This document shows positions 26,116 to 40,472 of a stretch of DNA of 64,000 bases, in pieces (position 1 is the stretch's first letter; each line of letters begins with the position of its first letter). This DNA is from the human T2T-CHM13v2.0 reference genome, Homo sapiens: assembly GCA_009914755.4 (NCBI GenBank), contig CP068257.2, positions 13,568,001 through 13,632,000 on the forward strand, written 5' to 3'. A model generated the notes under the pieces. It was not told the origin of the DNA, did not search any database, and was given only the letters and a program-made list of their open reading frames with translations. A program made the position numbers and the translations under genes.

Positions 26116-26636
26116 TAAACTTATCCTTCCATATTAAGTCCCAGAAATAATAGATAGAAGAGTGAAAGACTTTACAAAACACATTAATTAAAGTTATTGT
26201 GTTACTGCAAGATACTTTCTCTGAATTACTGGCATTTATAAAAATGAGACTAAAATTTTCATGAATGTGAAAATTGGCTAATCTTAGAAGGAAAGCGCTT
26301 TACTAATGGCTAACAGAATTAACTAGCAATAATAACGTCTATGGAAGAAAATGACTTTAAATACTGTTTTTCAAATGAGGAAGCATCTGTTGAACATCAA
26401 CTGTACCCTGCATTTTGGAGGTCATACAAGACGTGTAAGATTTTGAACTTCAATGCTAAATGATTGCTTAGGATAGTGTATATAAAGTCTCTAACATATT
26501 CCATTGCTTACAACACGTCAGTTAATATTGTTTTTTTTTTTTTTCCTTATTCTCTGTAATGAGCTTAAGATCCGGTTGGGGAAACGTGACTAACACATCT
26601 GAAATATACATAAACTAGTGAAATATAATTAGTATA

Positions 26637-27058
26637 TGATGTAGTTTGGATATTTGTCCCTGCCCAAATCTCTTGTTGAAATGCAATCCCCAGTGTTGGA
26701 GGTGGGGCCTGGTAGGAGGTGTTTGGATCATGCGGGTGGATCCCTCATTAATGACTTAGGCCACCTCCTTGGTGATACGTGAGCTTGCTGTGTGAGTTCA
26801 CAGGAGATCTGGCCATTTCAAGGTGGCACCCCTCCCATCTCTTGCTTCTACTTTGGCCGTGTGATGTGCCTACTCCCGCTTTGTCTTTCAGCATGATTAT
26901 AAGCTTCCTGATGCGTCCCCAGAAGCCGAGCAGATGCTAGCCCCAAGATTCCTGTAAAGCCTGCAGAACCATGAGCCAATTAAACCTCTTTTCTTTATAA
27001 ATTACCCAGTCTCAAGAATTTATTTATATAAATGCAATGCAATAATGGCCTAATACAG
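26637..27058 (+). mobile_element. MaLR solo LTR (MSTB/MLT2-like), full length, about 420 bp
   Basis: It starts tgatgtagtttggatatttgtccctgcccaaatctcttgttgaaatgcaatccccagtgttggaggtggggcctggtaggaggtgtttggatcatgcgggtggatccctcattaatgacttagg and ends cctgcagaaccatgagccaattaaacctcttttctttataaattacccagtctcaag...ctaatacag. Confidence 0.8.
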
Positions 27059-27230
27059 TGCAGTATAAGATACATGCAACATATTTATAATTATGTCCCA
27101 CTCTAGTTTTCATATTGGGTTAATGGCAGTAAGAGAGGGTCTGAGCTAACTATTACATTGCATTGGAAAAGCTATGATTTTATTTTTCTTAAGTCCTTAG
27201 AAAGTGCAGATACAAAGAAGTGGAGATACT

Positions 27231-27251
27231 ATATATATATATATATATATA
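27231..27251. repeat. (TA)n microsatellite at the Alu tail
   Basis: tatatatatatatatatatat precedes tttgagacagggtctcac. Confidence 0.9.
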
Positions 27252-27538
27252 TTTGAGACAGGGTCTCACTCTGTTGCAATCATGGCTCCCTGCAGCTTCA
27301 ACCTCCTGGGCCCAAACAATCCTCCTGCCTCAGCCTTCCCAAGTAGCTGGAATTATGGGCATGCACCACTGCACTGGGCTAACATATATATATATATACA
27401 CACATATATGTATATGTATATGGTAGAGTCAAGAGTTCTTGCAAAGTTGCCCAAACTTTAACCCCAGGGCTGAAACAACCCTCCTGCCTCAGCCTCCCAA
27501 AGGGCTGGGATTACAGGCGTGAGCCAACGTGCCCAGCC
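27252..27538 (-). mobile_element. Alu SINE with an internal deletion and an internal (TA)n/(TATG)n expansion in the middle linker
   Basis: It begins tttgagacagggtctcactctgttgcaatcatggctccctgcagcttcaacctcctgggcc and ends gggattacaggcgtgagccaacgtgcccagcc. The linker at about 27382-27425 is replaced by acatatatatatatatacacacatatatgtatatgtatatgg. Confidence 0.9.
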
Positions 27539-30500
27539 ACATGCAATATTTTAAATAGAAGTGAATAGTTAGGTTAGATTTCCAAAAGGAATGGGTATTT
27601 TACAGGTTGTTAAGATTTGCTTAGGTGAAGAGTCGGGAATTTATTTTAGGAAGATGAAATAATTTGAATGTATACAAGATTAAATATGAGTTTAGGGGAA
27701 TATTTAATGTATTGATACAATTGAGTTAGACTCTTTAAAACTGAAAAAAAAATTCATAAACTTCCAGCAAAATGATAAGATTTTAAATCTTTTGACTAAT
27801 TTGGGTTAAGCAGTATAATCATGATGAATGTCTTGGTAGCATATTATCCCAAGTGAATTAAGCATTATGACTGGTGACATCTGACCCCAGGAGCTTTTGA
27901 GACAAAACAAGGGGACATATCAAATGTCTGGTTTTACTCCAAAAAAACTTCAGAGTCTGGCTAAAGGCAAGTATTTTAAACATGTTTCTTAGGATAACAG
28001 CCCAGGTTTTAGGACTCTTCCAAGTCATTTGGAGAAGAGACTGTTAAATTAGAAACATCAGCTTTAGGTCTATCTGATCAGGTATTAATTTGTCCTTACA
28101 AATGAAGGTTTTTCTCCTTGTGGTGAAAATATCAAGTTAATCATCTCATGCAACTCTCAGTACTCAATATATTACCCTTAAAGTCACATACACATTAGAA
28201 TGTACAGTGAAGCAGTGATTAATGAAATATCATTTCCTAATAGGGCAAAAATTGTGTCTGGAGATACACATTTTTGCTTTTGTCTTTGTTTTTTACAGTC
28301 TTGGCATATCTTGTGTATTTTTAAGGGAATAATTTTATAAAATGAAAGTCTAAATCTTGGGAGTGACTTTTTATTTTAGAGGAGAAAATTGGATCTTGCT
28401 CAAGCTGAGATATATTGGCATTAGTCCTGCTGTGGTATATCTTGAAAAGACAACAGAAATACAACTCGACTATTATACTGCCATTCTGTTTATGCAAACT
28501 TGCAATATTCTGCATGCTGCCTGGTACATTCCAGAGACAGGAGGAGCCAAACAAAACACTTTAATAACATTAGCTCATATGAATTCATTTTTTATACAGT
28601 GCACATGGAATGAAATGTATAATCTTATCAGAATTAATTGAAATCACATGCCAAAAATGGAAATACGGTTCATTGTCTTTAATTTGGCCAAGTGCCATTT
28701 AATACCAAAAACATTTCACACAACTTCATTATTTATATAGTGTATCTAGTGGGCATCAAATGGGATAATATATATTAAAAAAGCTAAAAACCATCCTAAA
28801 ATGTAAGGTTTTCATAATAATAGCTCCCTTTGACTCAGTGTATTTTAAAAGGAAAATGTGGTATTTGTGTAGTACTTTGTATTGTGAACTTCCATTTGGT
28901 TATTTCATCAATGAGTGATTCTAAACTGTCTTTGTGAAATCTATTGATATGCTAATGCTACTGCAACTTGCAATATATAAAATGACATAAAATCAAATAT
29001 GTTTAACATTAGAATATTTTTTCTCCAAATAATTCTGAAAGAAAGGTAGAGGAAACTTAAAACTTAAGACAAAACTGATTTTAAATAAATTTTATGAATG
29101 TTTAAAGATAATATTGTAAGGTAATTAATTCCTCATTTTGGTCTCTGCAAATATTTGAAATACAATGCTAGGAAATTGTTGGCACTTGGATCCTAATGTC
29201 ATCACTTTTCAGATCCAATTTCTAACAAATATAATCATTGCTAAGCACAATATGGGGAAAATGGCACTGGTGGGTTAGGTCATGACTATATGCAACAAAC
29301 AATACAATTAACATGTTGGTACTTAGATGAAGAAAAGTACACTTTTCTTGCTCTGAAATATATCCAATTCTTACTAAGACAACTGAATTTAAAATTGTGT
29401 TTCCAAACACAATTTGGGTTCACCAGATTCCATGGTGCTGTTTCTTTAACCCTGGAAGATAAGCCTATTTATCATCTTGCTATACCTCACCATGGGTTCT
29501 TCCAATTCCACACTCTGCCTTGCAGTCTTACTGGCAGTATTCTGACACTTATTATGCAGTTCTGGGCACCCTAACCTTAGTGACCTGACCTCTTGGTGAG
29601 GGGACTTTTGACTTTGCATCCCAATCTTTCAGGATAACCATAAGGCACTTCACAATTGAATTCTGATACCTGCCCATTTACAACTACCAGGGAAAAGTCA
29701 CTTGGGAGTCCAGGTGGGGGAGTAGTTTGATCAATTAATAACACTCCAGCTGCATCATTTTCCAACAGGAAGAGCAACTCTATTGGTCAACATCTGACTA
29801 TTCAAAATTCTCCACTTACAAGAATATCTCCTGTCCTTAAATTCAAGGACTTAGTTAAAGCAGTAAGCAAACCCAGCAGGAAGTCCTCTTTGAAGTGCAG
29901 GAGCTCAGATATGCAAAAGTCTTGATCAGCACATGCTTGAAAAGTGCTTACTCTTCTCCCCTTTGGGATTGGCCATTAACTCAATTCTGGACATTCTCAA
30001 ATAAAGCTGTTTTTCAGGTTGCTTCAACTTCAGAGTCAATAAGTGAGTGGCTTTCGTCAACAAGGGTTAATAAACACTTTCCTCTGCCTCCCGCCTCCTC
30101 ACATTCCAAAGTGGACTCATTTAGCATGAATACATTAGCATTTGTAAGGGACAGCCTTACAGTTATCTACATGGAGTTCCTGGGATTACTGCAGTCTTTC
30201 TTATTTATTCTCCCTGCCTTCAAATCTCTTCCTGCTTCAAAAGATCCTACATATAACTGCATGAAAAATCTTCAACAGTCACCTCATTCTATGACTTGAG
30301 AGCTTCCCCAGGGGTCCATGTCCCATCTTATTGACTCTGCTCAACATCTCCCACCGTTCTCTCTCAACATCCCATTATTTTGACACCTCTTTCAACATGC
30401 TTCAGTGTTATTTGTCTACTCCTGGTGTCATTATTTCTGCTGTGTATATTTTTTGCCTCTGCTATAAGTTGCATTTGCATTACAATTTTTAAATTTTAAA

Positions 30501-30724
30501 ATTGCCTTCCTCCAGAAATTCTGCTGTGGTTTACCTACCTCTGACTCATCCCCTTTCTATTCATTATATCCTCCACATAAATATATGAAATTTTACCCTA
30601 TTATCTTTAAGCTGTTCTTTAACAATAGGACAATATTAATAACTACCATTTTCCAAGTCTTACTGCATTCCTTCACATATTATTTTTTATCATAGCAACA
30701 ATCTTCTGAGGTAGATATTATATT

Positions 30725-30880
30725 TATTTTATAGAAGAGAAACTGAAGCTTAAGGAAGTTAAGTAAGTTTATTAAGGTCACCCACATAGGGATTACCAGG
30801 GCTGGGATGTGAACCCAGATTTGGAACATCATACATAATTACTCTACTGTGCTTCTGGCTACTCAAGACACTAACCTTTA
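30725..30880 (-). mobile_element. MIR SINE fragment (antisense)
   Basis: atagaagagaaactgaagcttaaggaagttaagtaagtttattaaggtcacccacatagggattaccagggctgggatgtgaacccagatttgg matches the reverse complement of MIR (tacagatgaggaaactgaggctcagagaggttaagtaacttgcccaaggtcacacagctagtaagtggcagagctgggatttgaacccagg). Confidence 0.5.
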
Positions 30881-32487
30881 CTAAACACCTAGTAGATATC
30901 GGATTCCACAGCTAAGTGATGGAGACAATAAGAGCATAGTCTCTGCCTGTCCCCCGGTTTCTCACAGCCTGGTGGAAGAAAGGATGTGGATGTCATGAGA
31001 GCAATGTGATAAATGTTCAAACATGTGGAACTGCACGGGTAAATAAGGGTGACTTATGAGAGGAAGCGACAGCTGAATTTGAAGTGGGAAGAAGGAGCTT
31101 GCCAGATAACAAGGAGAGAGGAAGTGGCCTTCTAGGTGCAGGGAAGTACCAAAACAAAGGTGTAGGAGCAGGAAGGGTCTTTAAACGTTAGGTTAGGTAA
31201 GGGCTCTTCACCCAGAGTGGCCAGAATGCAGGACTCGGATTTAGAGTGGTTGGAGGAGGATTCAGAGGCCCTGGAGACTTATAGCCCGAAGGGCTCGTAT
31301 GAAGACTAAGGGGGTAGGACTTTATCTTCTGACATGTAGTTGGCTCTGTAACATATTTCCTCTGAATTACTTTCCCTCCTGATTAAATCATAAAGGCTTT
31401 GAGGACATCTAAGCTCTTCTTATTCCCACCTGGATACTCTTCCATATAGAAAGGGAGTCATCTGTTTATTGGAGGCATTGGATGATCTGCTGTTTTTCTT
31501 GGTTGAGACTTGGTACCACCAAGAAGCAGTCAGTGCCCTCATTTTGGGAAGTATTAGATGCCTCCTGAAGATGTGGAGTCCTCATCCCAAAAGAAGTTAG
31601 ATAGCTATTTTTCAAGTAGTGTGATACTTGTGGAATCTGTATTAAAAATCCTGATAAGGAGCAAAAAGAGAAAGAGGCCCAACAGTAGCTTTAAAATAGA
31701 GAATGATCCTAGAGAAGATAAAACAGAAAGATCCAGAAGGGGACAGGTGCGTCATAATCAACATGCATCAGTTTTGCGTTGGTGAAGGGCAGTATTTTTA
31801 TTATCGTTAAAATGAGATCACTTTTTTGCACTAGGCCAGTGTGAAAAGAAAGACTTCAGGAAGGTGATGTAAGTTTAAAAGTGAGGGGAAAATCAGAAAA
31901 AAAAAAAAAGAAAAGAAAATCCAGGAGTTATATCAGTAATTCTGTGAAAGACAGCATAACATGGGTGTGTTCCTGCAGCTGTAATAGAGATATTATCCTT
32001 CTTGCTAATGAAAAGAATGGGTGGTCTTAAAGATATTTATAACCATGCAGTTTGAAGCTCATGCTGTTTTAAGTGTGAGAAGAGATTTCTTGGGGCTCTG
32101 TTTTGTAGGGAATTATTAAAATAACCTGGGAAAATGAAATTGCAGCACTCCAGAATGTACCCTGGCCATCTACCACCTTACATGGAATGAGGGTGTCTTT
32201 GGCCTAGAGGGCTCTATTGTAGAAAATGTGACAACTGTCCTCTTCTAGAGTTTCAAAACAGTGCTATTTAGTGATCCAACCTTGGCAGGTCAAAAAGGAG
32301 AGAATCAATGTCCTAATTCCAAGTTCATCCATCTAGAATGCGGCTTAAAATAATACAGAGAAATAAAATAGCTGTGTAGAATTCTTTTAACAGCAAAATC
32401 CTATGCCAAGGTTTAAAATTCAATAAATGAAGTGATGGAAAGCAAATGTTTAAAAAATGCGATATGGTTGACTATTAAGTTTCCAGG

Positions 32488-32705
32488 ACAGGCTGCTTGA
32501 GTTCAGATACCTGTTCTGCAGCTCACTAGCAGTGTGACCTTGGGGACTTGATCAAAATCTGGCCTCTGTTTCTTCATCTGTAAAAGAAGGATAAACATGG
32601 CATCTGCCTCACAGCATTGTGAAAATTAAATGTGTTACTGTGCATTAAGCACTTGGGACAGTGTTGGCACACAGCAAGTCCTCACTAAATGTTAACGTTA
32701 CCTTT
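32488..32705 (+). mobile_element. MIR SINE
   Basis: ctgcttgagttcagatacctgttctgcagctcactagcagtgtgaccttggggacttgatcaaaatctggcctctgtttcttcatctgtaaaagaaggataaacatggcatctgcctcacagcattgtgaaaattaaatg...gcacttgggacagtgttggcacacagcaagtcctcactaaatgttaac matches the MIR tRNA-like, core and 3' regions. Confidence 0.6.
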
Positions 32706-34094
32706 TTTTGAGTCCGTAAATCTCTTTCAAGAGTATAAAGATTTGTAAAAGAGATGCATTTGAATTTGTAATATAATTGTTTTTAAAATGATTAAGATGA
32801 TAGGTTGAACACATGAATGTATTTAATACTTTTAACAACTCTATCTATTGGTACCAGAGATTTGAATTTCTCCCTCTCTCTCTCTTTCTGTCTCTCTCAT
32901 TCTATGTATTCTTTTTTCCCTTCTTAACCCTAGTTCACACTGTAGCATGTATAGGAGGGTAGGAGGGTAGGAGGGAACTGGCCACTACACTATGAGAATT
33001 TAATACACACATGTACACACAACTTAAAACTTTTCTCAATACATATCACCCTCCTCATCACCCATACTTTCTCTGCACATACTGAATCAGAAAAACTGGG
33101 GGTACCAAGGTACCTCCACTTATAACCTACTGCCTAGATTTTCATACACATTAAAGTTTATGGATAAATGTCCAAGATTCTTAAGTAAGGTTTAACTAAT
33201 ACTGAGTAACCAAAGTTTTATATGCCTTACTTTATAATACCTATTTGGCACCTAAACATGTTGACTCTGAATTTCAATTCTTTCATTAAATTAATTTTTT
33301 CTCTTCATAAATTGGACGCTTTTGGTGGCAGGTAGAACACACATGTCAAAATGAGCCATCACACATATTTATGGGTATCGTCTTTAAGACCCTTCCTCTA
33401 CCAATCTCATCAGGGTTTAGGCAATAATGTTAATCTAAGGATATGGTCATTTTACTCTTAAAAACCAAAAGAAAATGTTTTCTTTTATACCACGGAAGTG
33501 GATCCCTGTGCTGAGTGTAATTTCTATGACTCTGATTTTTGCCTCTGGGTCATCTTTTCTTGAAATGCTCCCAAGATGAATATTTGCCTGCAAGGTCATC
33601 CTCCGACATGTCGTCCAGTTTGAATCTCAGCACTCTAAAACAGGGCCCTTTCCACAAAAGCCTTCAACTTCAGAAAGAGCTGCCTTTTATGTGGCTCATG
33701 AATATGGTCTAACTGCTTCAAGCTCTCCTCTCTGACCTTTGTCCTATTTAGTGGAGTTCAATTGTCTCCCACATTTATTTAAGCTAATGATAGAAGCATT
33801 AAGCAAAAGTTGAAAAAAGGGACAAATGGATTCATCATGAAAATGCACTGCGCCATAAAAAAGCCCATACACCAAGATGCTATTCACAGTGAGTAGTAAA
33901 TTTATGAAACTCATTGCCTCAAGGTATTATATGGGCTATTATATATAAATAGGTTCAAGAAGGACTATAGCAGGTTATTAAACAAAATTGGGATGCCAGA
34001 GGTGGAAGTGGCGAGCTCATCCCTTACCTTTGCGAACATCGTGGAGCTGGGCGACATTGCTTAGTGCCTCAGTCAGAGAGTTGCTTGACTGGAG

Positions 34095-34545
34095 TGTATT
34101 ACTTTCCTGTAGCCTGCTGGAACAAATTGCCACAGACTTGGTGGCTTAAAACAACAGAAATTTATTCTCTCACAGTTCTGAAGGCCTGAAGTCTGAAACC
34201 AAAATGTTGACAGGGCACATTCCCTCCAGGGGCTCTAAGAAAGAATCCCTTTCTGGACTCTTCCAGCTTCTGGTGCCTACCCCAGTATTCTAATCTCTGC
34301 CTCTGTCTTTACATCATCTTCTCTATGTGCCTGTCTTGTGAGGATATGTGATTATATTTAGGGCCCAGTTGAATAATCCAGGGTAAGCTCCTCCTCTAAG
34401 TTCTCTAACTTACTCATGTCTTTTGCCATGCAAGGTAGTATTCACTTTCACCATTCACGGTTGTATTCACAGAGTCCAGGGATTAGGACCTGGACATATC
34501 TTTTGGGGGGCCACCATTCAACCCACGATAGGGAGGGATCATCCT
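34095..34545 (+). mobile_element. MaLR MLT1-type solo LTR (subfamily uncertain)
   Basis: It contains tgtagcctgctggaacaaattgccacagacttggtggcttaaaacaacagaaatttattctctcacagttctgaaggcctgaagtctgaaaccaaaatgttgacaggg...tatttagggcccagttgaataatccagggtaagc. It ends gacatatcttttggggggccaccattcaacccacgatagg, which matches the MLT1 consensus termini as recalled from memory. Confidence 0.5.
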
Positions 34546-35384
34546 TCTAAGCATTCTATGGTTTGTTTTGTTCCTCATTCTTCTTTATAATTGGAGGGTT
34601 ACTTCAGTCTAAACTTTCATTCCAATAACAATACCACAAACTTTAACTTTCTGTTAAAAAAAAAAACCTTTCTGTTTCTCTCCATTTCCTACATTAGTAA
34701 TGAGCATTAGTTCTGCTGGATGTTAATAGTGGTTAAATGAATACAAGAGAAGCCACATGTTTCAGAATCCTGTTTAAAACAACATTTAATAGAATTTCTC
34801 AGAGGCTTGCTATGCCAGTGATCTTTGTGATGTTCTGAGAAGACAATATGGTGTGCTCACCAGACTCTTTCAACCACACACCCTCTAGCTAGTATTCCCT
34901 AGCATACATTTTGGGAAACTATGCTCTAAAACATAAGAATGACATAAATCAAACATCTCTACTTTTTTCCTTTTGGGACCAAATCTAAGCCTATGGCCCT
35001 CCTTGTTGCATTTGTAGCTAATAATTTCCTCACAATTATTTGAATTAATACAGCAAAAAGGAGGCTAGTTGTTCTTTGACTTAGCACGTTCCCTCTGGAA
35101 TCAAGCAGATTCTTTTCTGTTGGGTTTTACATGATAGTCAATAGCTTTCCCTAGAGCCATCCAGCTACTATAATTGAAATATATACATAGTCTAAGAAAA
35201 ACCCTATATGGGAGTCTGTGATTTTGCTGGCTCACTCTGGGTAGAGTGCCAATGAGCACGTGTATGCTCATCTTGACTGTTTCAAGTCAAGCTGCCAAGT
35301 TTACATTTTTTAGAGACTGAACAGCTCTTAAAAAGAATGCTATACCTGTTCCCCTAACATCTTTTTTCTCTTGGAGTTAGGTAA

Positions 35385-35756
<372 letters not shown>

Positions 35757-35827
35757 AGGTTCTTATATTTTTAAGTCTTTGAGTTCTCTTTTATTTTAAA
35801 ATGTCCCCCTCCCCATCCCCCACCCAG

Positions 35828-36090
35828 ACAGGATGTCACTCTGTTGCCCAGGCTGGAATGCAATGGTGTGATCATAGCTTGAACTCTTGAGCTCAAGCGA
35901 TCCTCCCACCTCAATCTCTAGGACTGCAGGTTTATATCATCATGCCCTGCTAACTTTTTAATAAAAAAGTTTGTAGAGACAGGGTCTTTCTATAGTGCCT
36001 ACGCTGGTCTCAAACTTCTGGGCTCAGTGATCCTCCCACCTCAGCCTCCCAAAGTGCTGGGATTACAGGCATGAGCTAATGCATCCAGCC
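35828..36090 (-). mobile_element. Alu SINE (older, AluJ/S-like), no clean tail
   Basis: It begins gacaggatgtcactctgttgcccaggctggaatgcaatggtgtgatcatagcttgaactcttgagctcaagcgatcctcccacctc and ends gggattacaggcatgagctaatgcatccagcc. Confidence 0.9.
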
Positions 36091-39000
36091 TAAAATGTTC
36101 TTTATGAATGCTTTTTTATGTTCTTCATTTGGCCATCCAACAAATGCTCATTGAAATGTTCTAATGCACCAACCTCTGTGGTTGATTTAGGAGGGAAGGG
36201 TATGTGGCTCTGGATGAGACTCTGTGTGCCTTAAAGGCACTCTCAGTGGAGGATGCATGGCATGAAAAAAATGTATATACTGTGAAACACACCCCAATAG
36301 TGGTCTGAGAAATATGTTACAGCATGAAGGGAAAAGAAATATGAACTCTCTTTGGGAAACTAACATTTACTCTGGGTTGTGAAGAATGAAAAAGGTTCAT
36401 TCGCTGTGATAAAGTACAATCTAGGATGGAAACCAAGGCATACGTAGGGAAGCAGTTATAGATGGGTATGTTGTATCTGAGGAATAATGAGAAGTTCAGA
36501 GTTACTCCCCAGAGGTAAAAGGGATGTGGTGCTGGAAGGAGGGGAGGTTAAGGTAGGCTGATTTCCAATAGGGAAGGATTCTGATTGCCCTGGCAGGAAG
36601 CTTAGATGGTATTTTGCAGGAAATTGGGAGCCTTGGGGAGGGTTTTGTATTAATACAAAGCAGTGACAAGATGAGATTTTGATTTTAGAAAGACAATTCT
36701 GGAAGTCAGGGCACATGGAAGCCCTCAAATCTACTCTTGTTAACCTAGCTAGAATAGTTTCAGTTTAAAATTATTAAAAAAAAAAAAGAAAAGAATTTGC
36801 TAGATTACTAGTAAAGAAACTTAGTAATAATCTATTTAAAAGGCGAACAGACTCTAAACAAAGGCAGTGGTATCTGAGATAGAATTCAGGGAAAGGCGGA
36901 TGCTGACTCAAAGGCTTCCATGTAGTCAGTTGGGTGGATGGTGAAGATAATAAGGAAGAGAGGCAAGGAGTGGAGCTGCTTTGGGGTGGGTAGAGAAGTA
37001 CTAGATTGTGAATAGGAAGGAATATAATCTAGTCTTTGGTGACAGAGACTATGGATTTTCCCTCAGCCTCCACTCCACTCCCTTTCAGCGTGCCTGGATG
37101 TACGATACCGCACTATGATGCAGTACTGCTAAAATCTGCATTTCCCAGGTTCATTTGCAGCTGCTTGTCAAATGTATGCCTCTCTGAGATTTGGAAGATG
37201 GAAGTGCACATCCTGTGGCCAATTCCATGCTTCTGTTGTTTCAGCTGTTTCCCCTGGCAAGCTTGTCTTTAGGGGTGTTTGTTTCTTCTGCAGTAGCTGT
37301 AGTAGAGTTTCCAATGTCCAGTGTTTAGCTTTATAGTGTGGAAAGGCAGTGTGGGAAGCATTCATTTTGCTGGCAGAGGTTGTGGACAAACTGGCATAGT
37401 GGTTGGGGAGCTAGCAGCCTCTTGCTTCTCCAGCCCCCTTATCGTGGTAAAAGCAGTGTCTTCCACGGAGGCTCACTCTAGACTGTTGTTTTGGAAGTTG
37501 TTCCTGGGCACTCTGCTTAGGGCTTATGCCCCCAGAGCTTCCACAAATCTTAAAGCCCCCAGATCTACCCTTGTTAACCTAGCCAGAATGGTTTCCGTGA
37601 TCTGCAGCTGATCCTTAACTAATTCACCTTCAAATGAAAAAATTTTATAAGAAAATTAAGTATCGATTATGGAGGACATGACCTTGTCTTAAACACCTTC
37701 CGGTACCCAGTGCCTAGAACAGTGGTTTGCACTTGGTGTTTAATAAATTTGTTAGGTTTCATTGAATTAATTGAACTCCCTGAACAATTTGTGCTTCTCC
37801 AAATAGTGCCATAGAATATATTTGGCAAACTCCCTAACTCTGATAGTTGTTTTACATGATAAATTGCCGATATTGTTAGTATCTAAAATGCTTTGATCTG
37901 AAATTTTTTTGGAATTTTCAGATCCATGCCATCTGGCTTCACTGACTCATGGAAATTTAATGTCTTAAGTCGTAGTCACCACCTGTTGTTTCTTTTTCTG
38001 TATTTATGCTGGTGAATCATATTTGCTTTCAATGAAAAGTAATTCTTTAGTAAAAATTCCACATTTACTCTGTCAGTAATGATCACTGACTGAGTGATCA
38101 GAGGAACAATTCAGCCTTCACTGGTTCTTAAATACTCCTGTTCCCCCCACTAAGTATATGACTGCACTTTGAGTTCTTTATCTACAACCAGACAGGGTCA
38201 CACTCAACCCTTAGACTATTCTTATAGAAGAATGATTCATAGATTTTACCTGAATTTTGTTTTTATAATCCTTCTTGCATTGTAGTAGCATTCATGTCTG
38301 GTGTTCTATGCCAATATTGCTATTTTTTCCATATATTTTATTTCTTATGAACATTTGTAATCTTAATACTTTCCACGGTATAGTGCCCCCAAAAGATTCC
38401 CTACACACTCCTGTGCAAGAGGCCAATTAGAGGACACATGAGAAGGAGACATAGATCCTTCTCTAGTACCTATCAAAATATGTTTTGTAGCAAGCAGCGG
38501 AAACTCAACTCAAGCTGGATAAAAGATAAGTAGCCTATGTTGGTTGACAGGACTGAGAAGTACTGAGATAGGAAGGCTTCAGGTGTAGTTCAAATAAAGT
38601 TCTTGTTCTATTTCTTTGTGATTTTTTGGCTCTGCTTCTTTTGCATATTAGCTTCACCCTAGGCAGGCTTCCCTGTAGTTGCAGGAGAGATATCTACAAA
38701 AACGTAACAGCTTGTGATGTCCATTGCACAAAATTTCTAAGCCTTGCTCTGATTAGGCTACCCTCTGATAAGGGGGATGATTACATTGAAACATCCTCTT
38801 AAGCTACCCAATGAGGGAGATGTTAATGGATGTGAGGATGGAAACCATGTTATCTCTTCTTCCTGTGATCCAGTTTTGTTGTGGTCAGACCTAGACCCCA
38901 GGAAGACAATTGGGCATGTTCTCCACTATCCTTAAGGGCAGACCAACTCTTAATATATATTGTTGTATCATTTTTACTGTATATACATTTTTCTGTTTCC

Positions 39001-40472
39001 TCTGTTAACAATGACAAGCTTGAAGGAAGGTTTCATCTTGTTTGTACTTTTATTATTGATGCACACCAGCTACTACTGGAGTCCCCTCACTGTACATGTG
39101 GAGCCTTTCTCTACATGTCATGATGCTTTAAAAGGTTCTGATTATGTGATGATGCTTTAAAAGGATCATCATAAAATACATTTAGATGTATTTTACATAA
39201 CCCTGACTTGGCTCTTGAGACATATTGAGCCAGAACTAGGCAATTAGTCAATCAGTAAACACATATGAAGTACTCCTGTGTGTGTCAGGCATTTGGTGCA
39301 GGTCAGAGAACATGGCAAGGAGTAGTGTCTCATTAAAATATTTCAAGGCACATATAAATGGATGATGTCATCTCCCAGGTCTGTGTCCCTTCTCCTGTCA
39401 CTGTTGGAATTCTCCTTCCTCTCCTGGGTTTTCTTCCCAGGTTCTCAGTGCTATCGTGTATATTGCCCCATGTCCGTGATCTTCTACCGCTGTGGCTTGC
39501 CAGTGCTAGGAGAGCTCCTTTTTCTGTTCACGCAACCGTGATTGAGTGCCGCTGAGGATCCCACAATGACTGAAGCACACGATTCGCCTTGGGACTTCAC
39601 AGTCTAGTGAAAGGCTTCCACATAAATAGCAATGTGATGAATGCCAGGATAGAAATAAGAATCAGAGATCCAATTCAAGCACTCAGAACAGGGCAGTTAA
39701 GGAAGATTTCTCAGAGACAGCGATGCCTATGAATCTTAAACAAAAACAAAAGCAAAAATGGGAAAATGTCAGCCAGGTGAAATGGCATTGCATGCAGAGG
39801 GAGCAGCGTGGCCAGAGGCCATGTGAGAGAAGCTGGCTGCTAGGGAAGAGTAAGTCCCTCTCCACAGCTGGGTCATTTCATGCGTGTGAAAAGTTGCTGG
39901 GAACAGCCTCATTTTCCATATTCTGATTCAAGCAATGTGGCTACCGTTTTTGGTGACCCTTAAATCATTAGATGACACCAAGATGAACAGTTTTCTTCAT
40001 GAACATAAGAGGAAACTGTAACCAGAAAAGGCCTGGGAGTATCTTTCTGCTCAGCAGGAAAAACAATTCTGTCTCAAGAGCCATCCCTGCAGAAGGGGAA
40101 GTGGGTTAAGGCAACTCCTTGCAGAGAGTGACTTGAGAGGATGAGTAAAACATCTTCCCAGTGGGGTCTCCCTCCCTTTCTATCTGGCCACAAATTCTCA
40201 ATAGTTAACTCACTAACTGACGAGGTCAATAAAAGTGGGACATCCTCTTCTATAGAAAGCCTCGGTGATCATGGTGATCACATAGCCCTGTCTGAAGAGT
40301 ACATTAACTGAGATTAGCTCATTATCTTTGTGATGAACTTCAGAAGAGTTTCCGTTCAGTGGAAAAAAGAGCAGGCAGGGTTGGGAGAGGAGCAGCGAGG
40401 CCTCTAGGAGGAGAAACTCATTGAAATGGTGTCAGTGCTGCTGTCTCTGTGGGGTTGGTTGGTGTACTAGTT

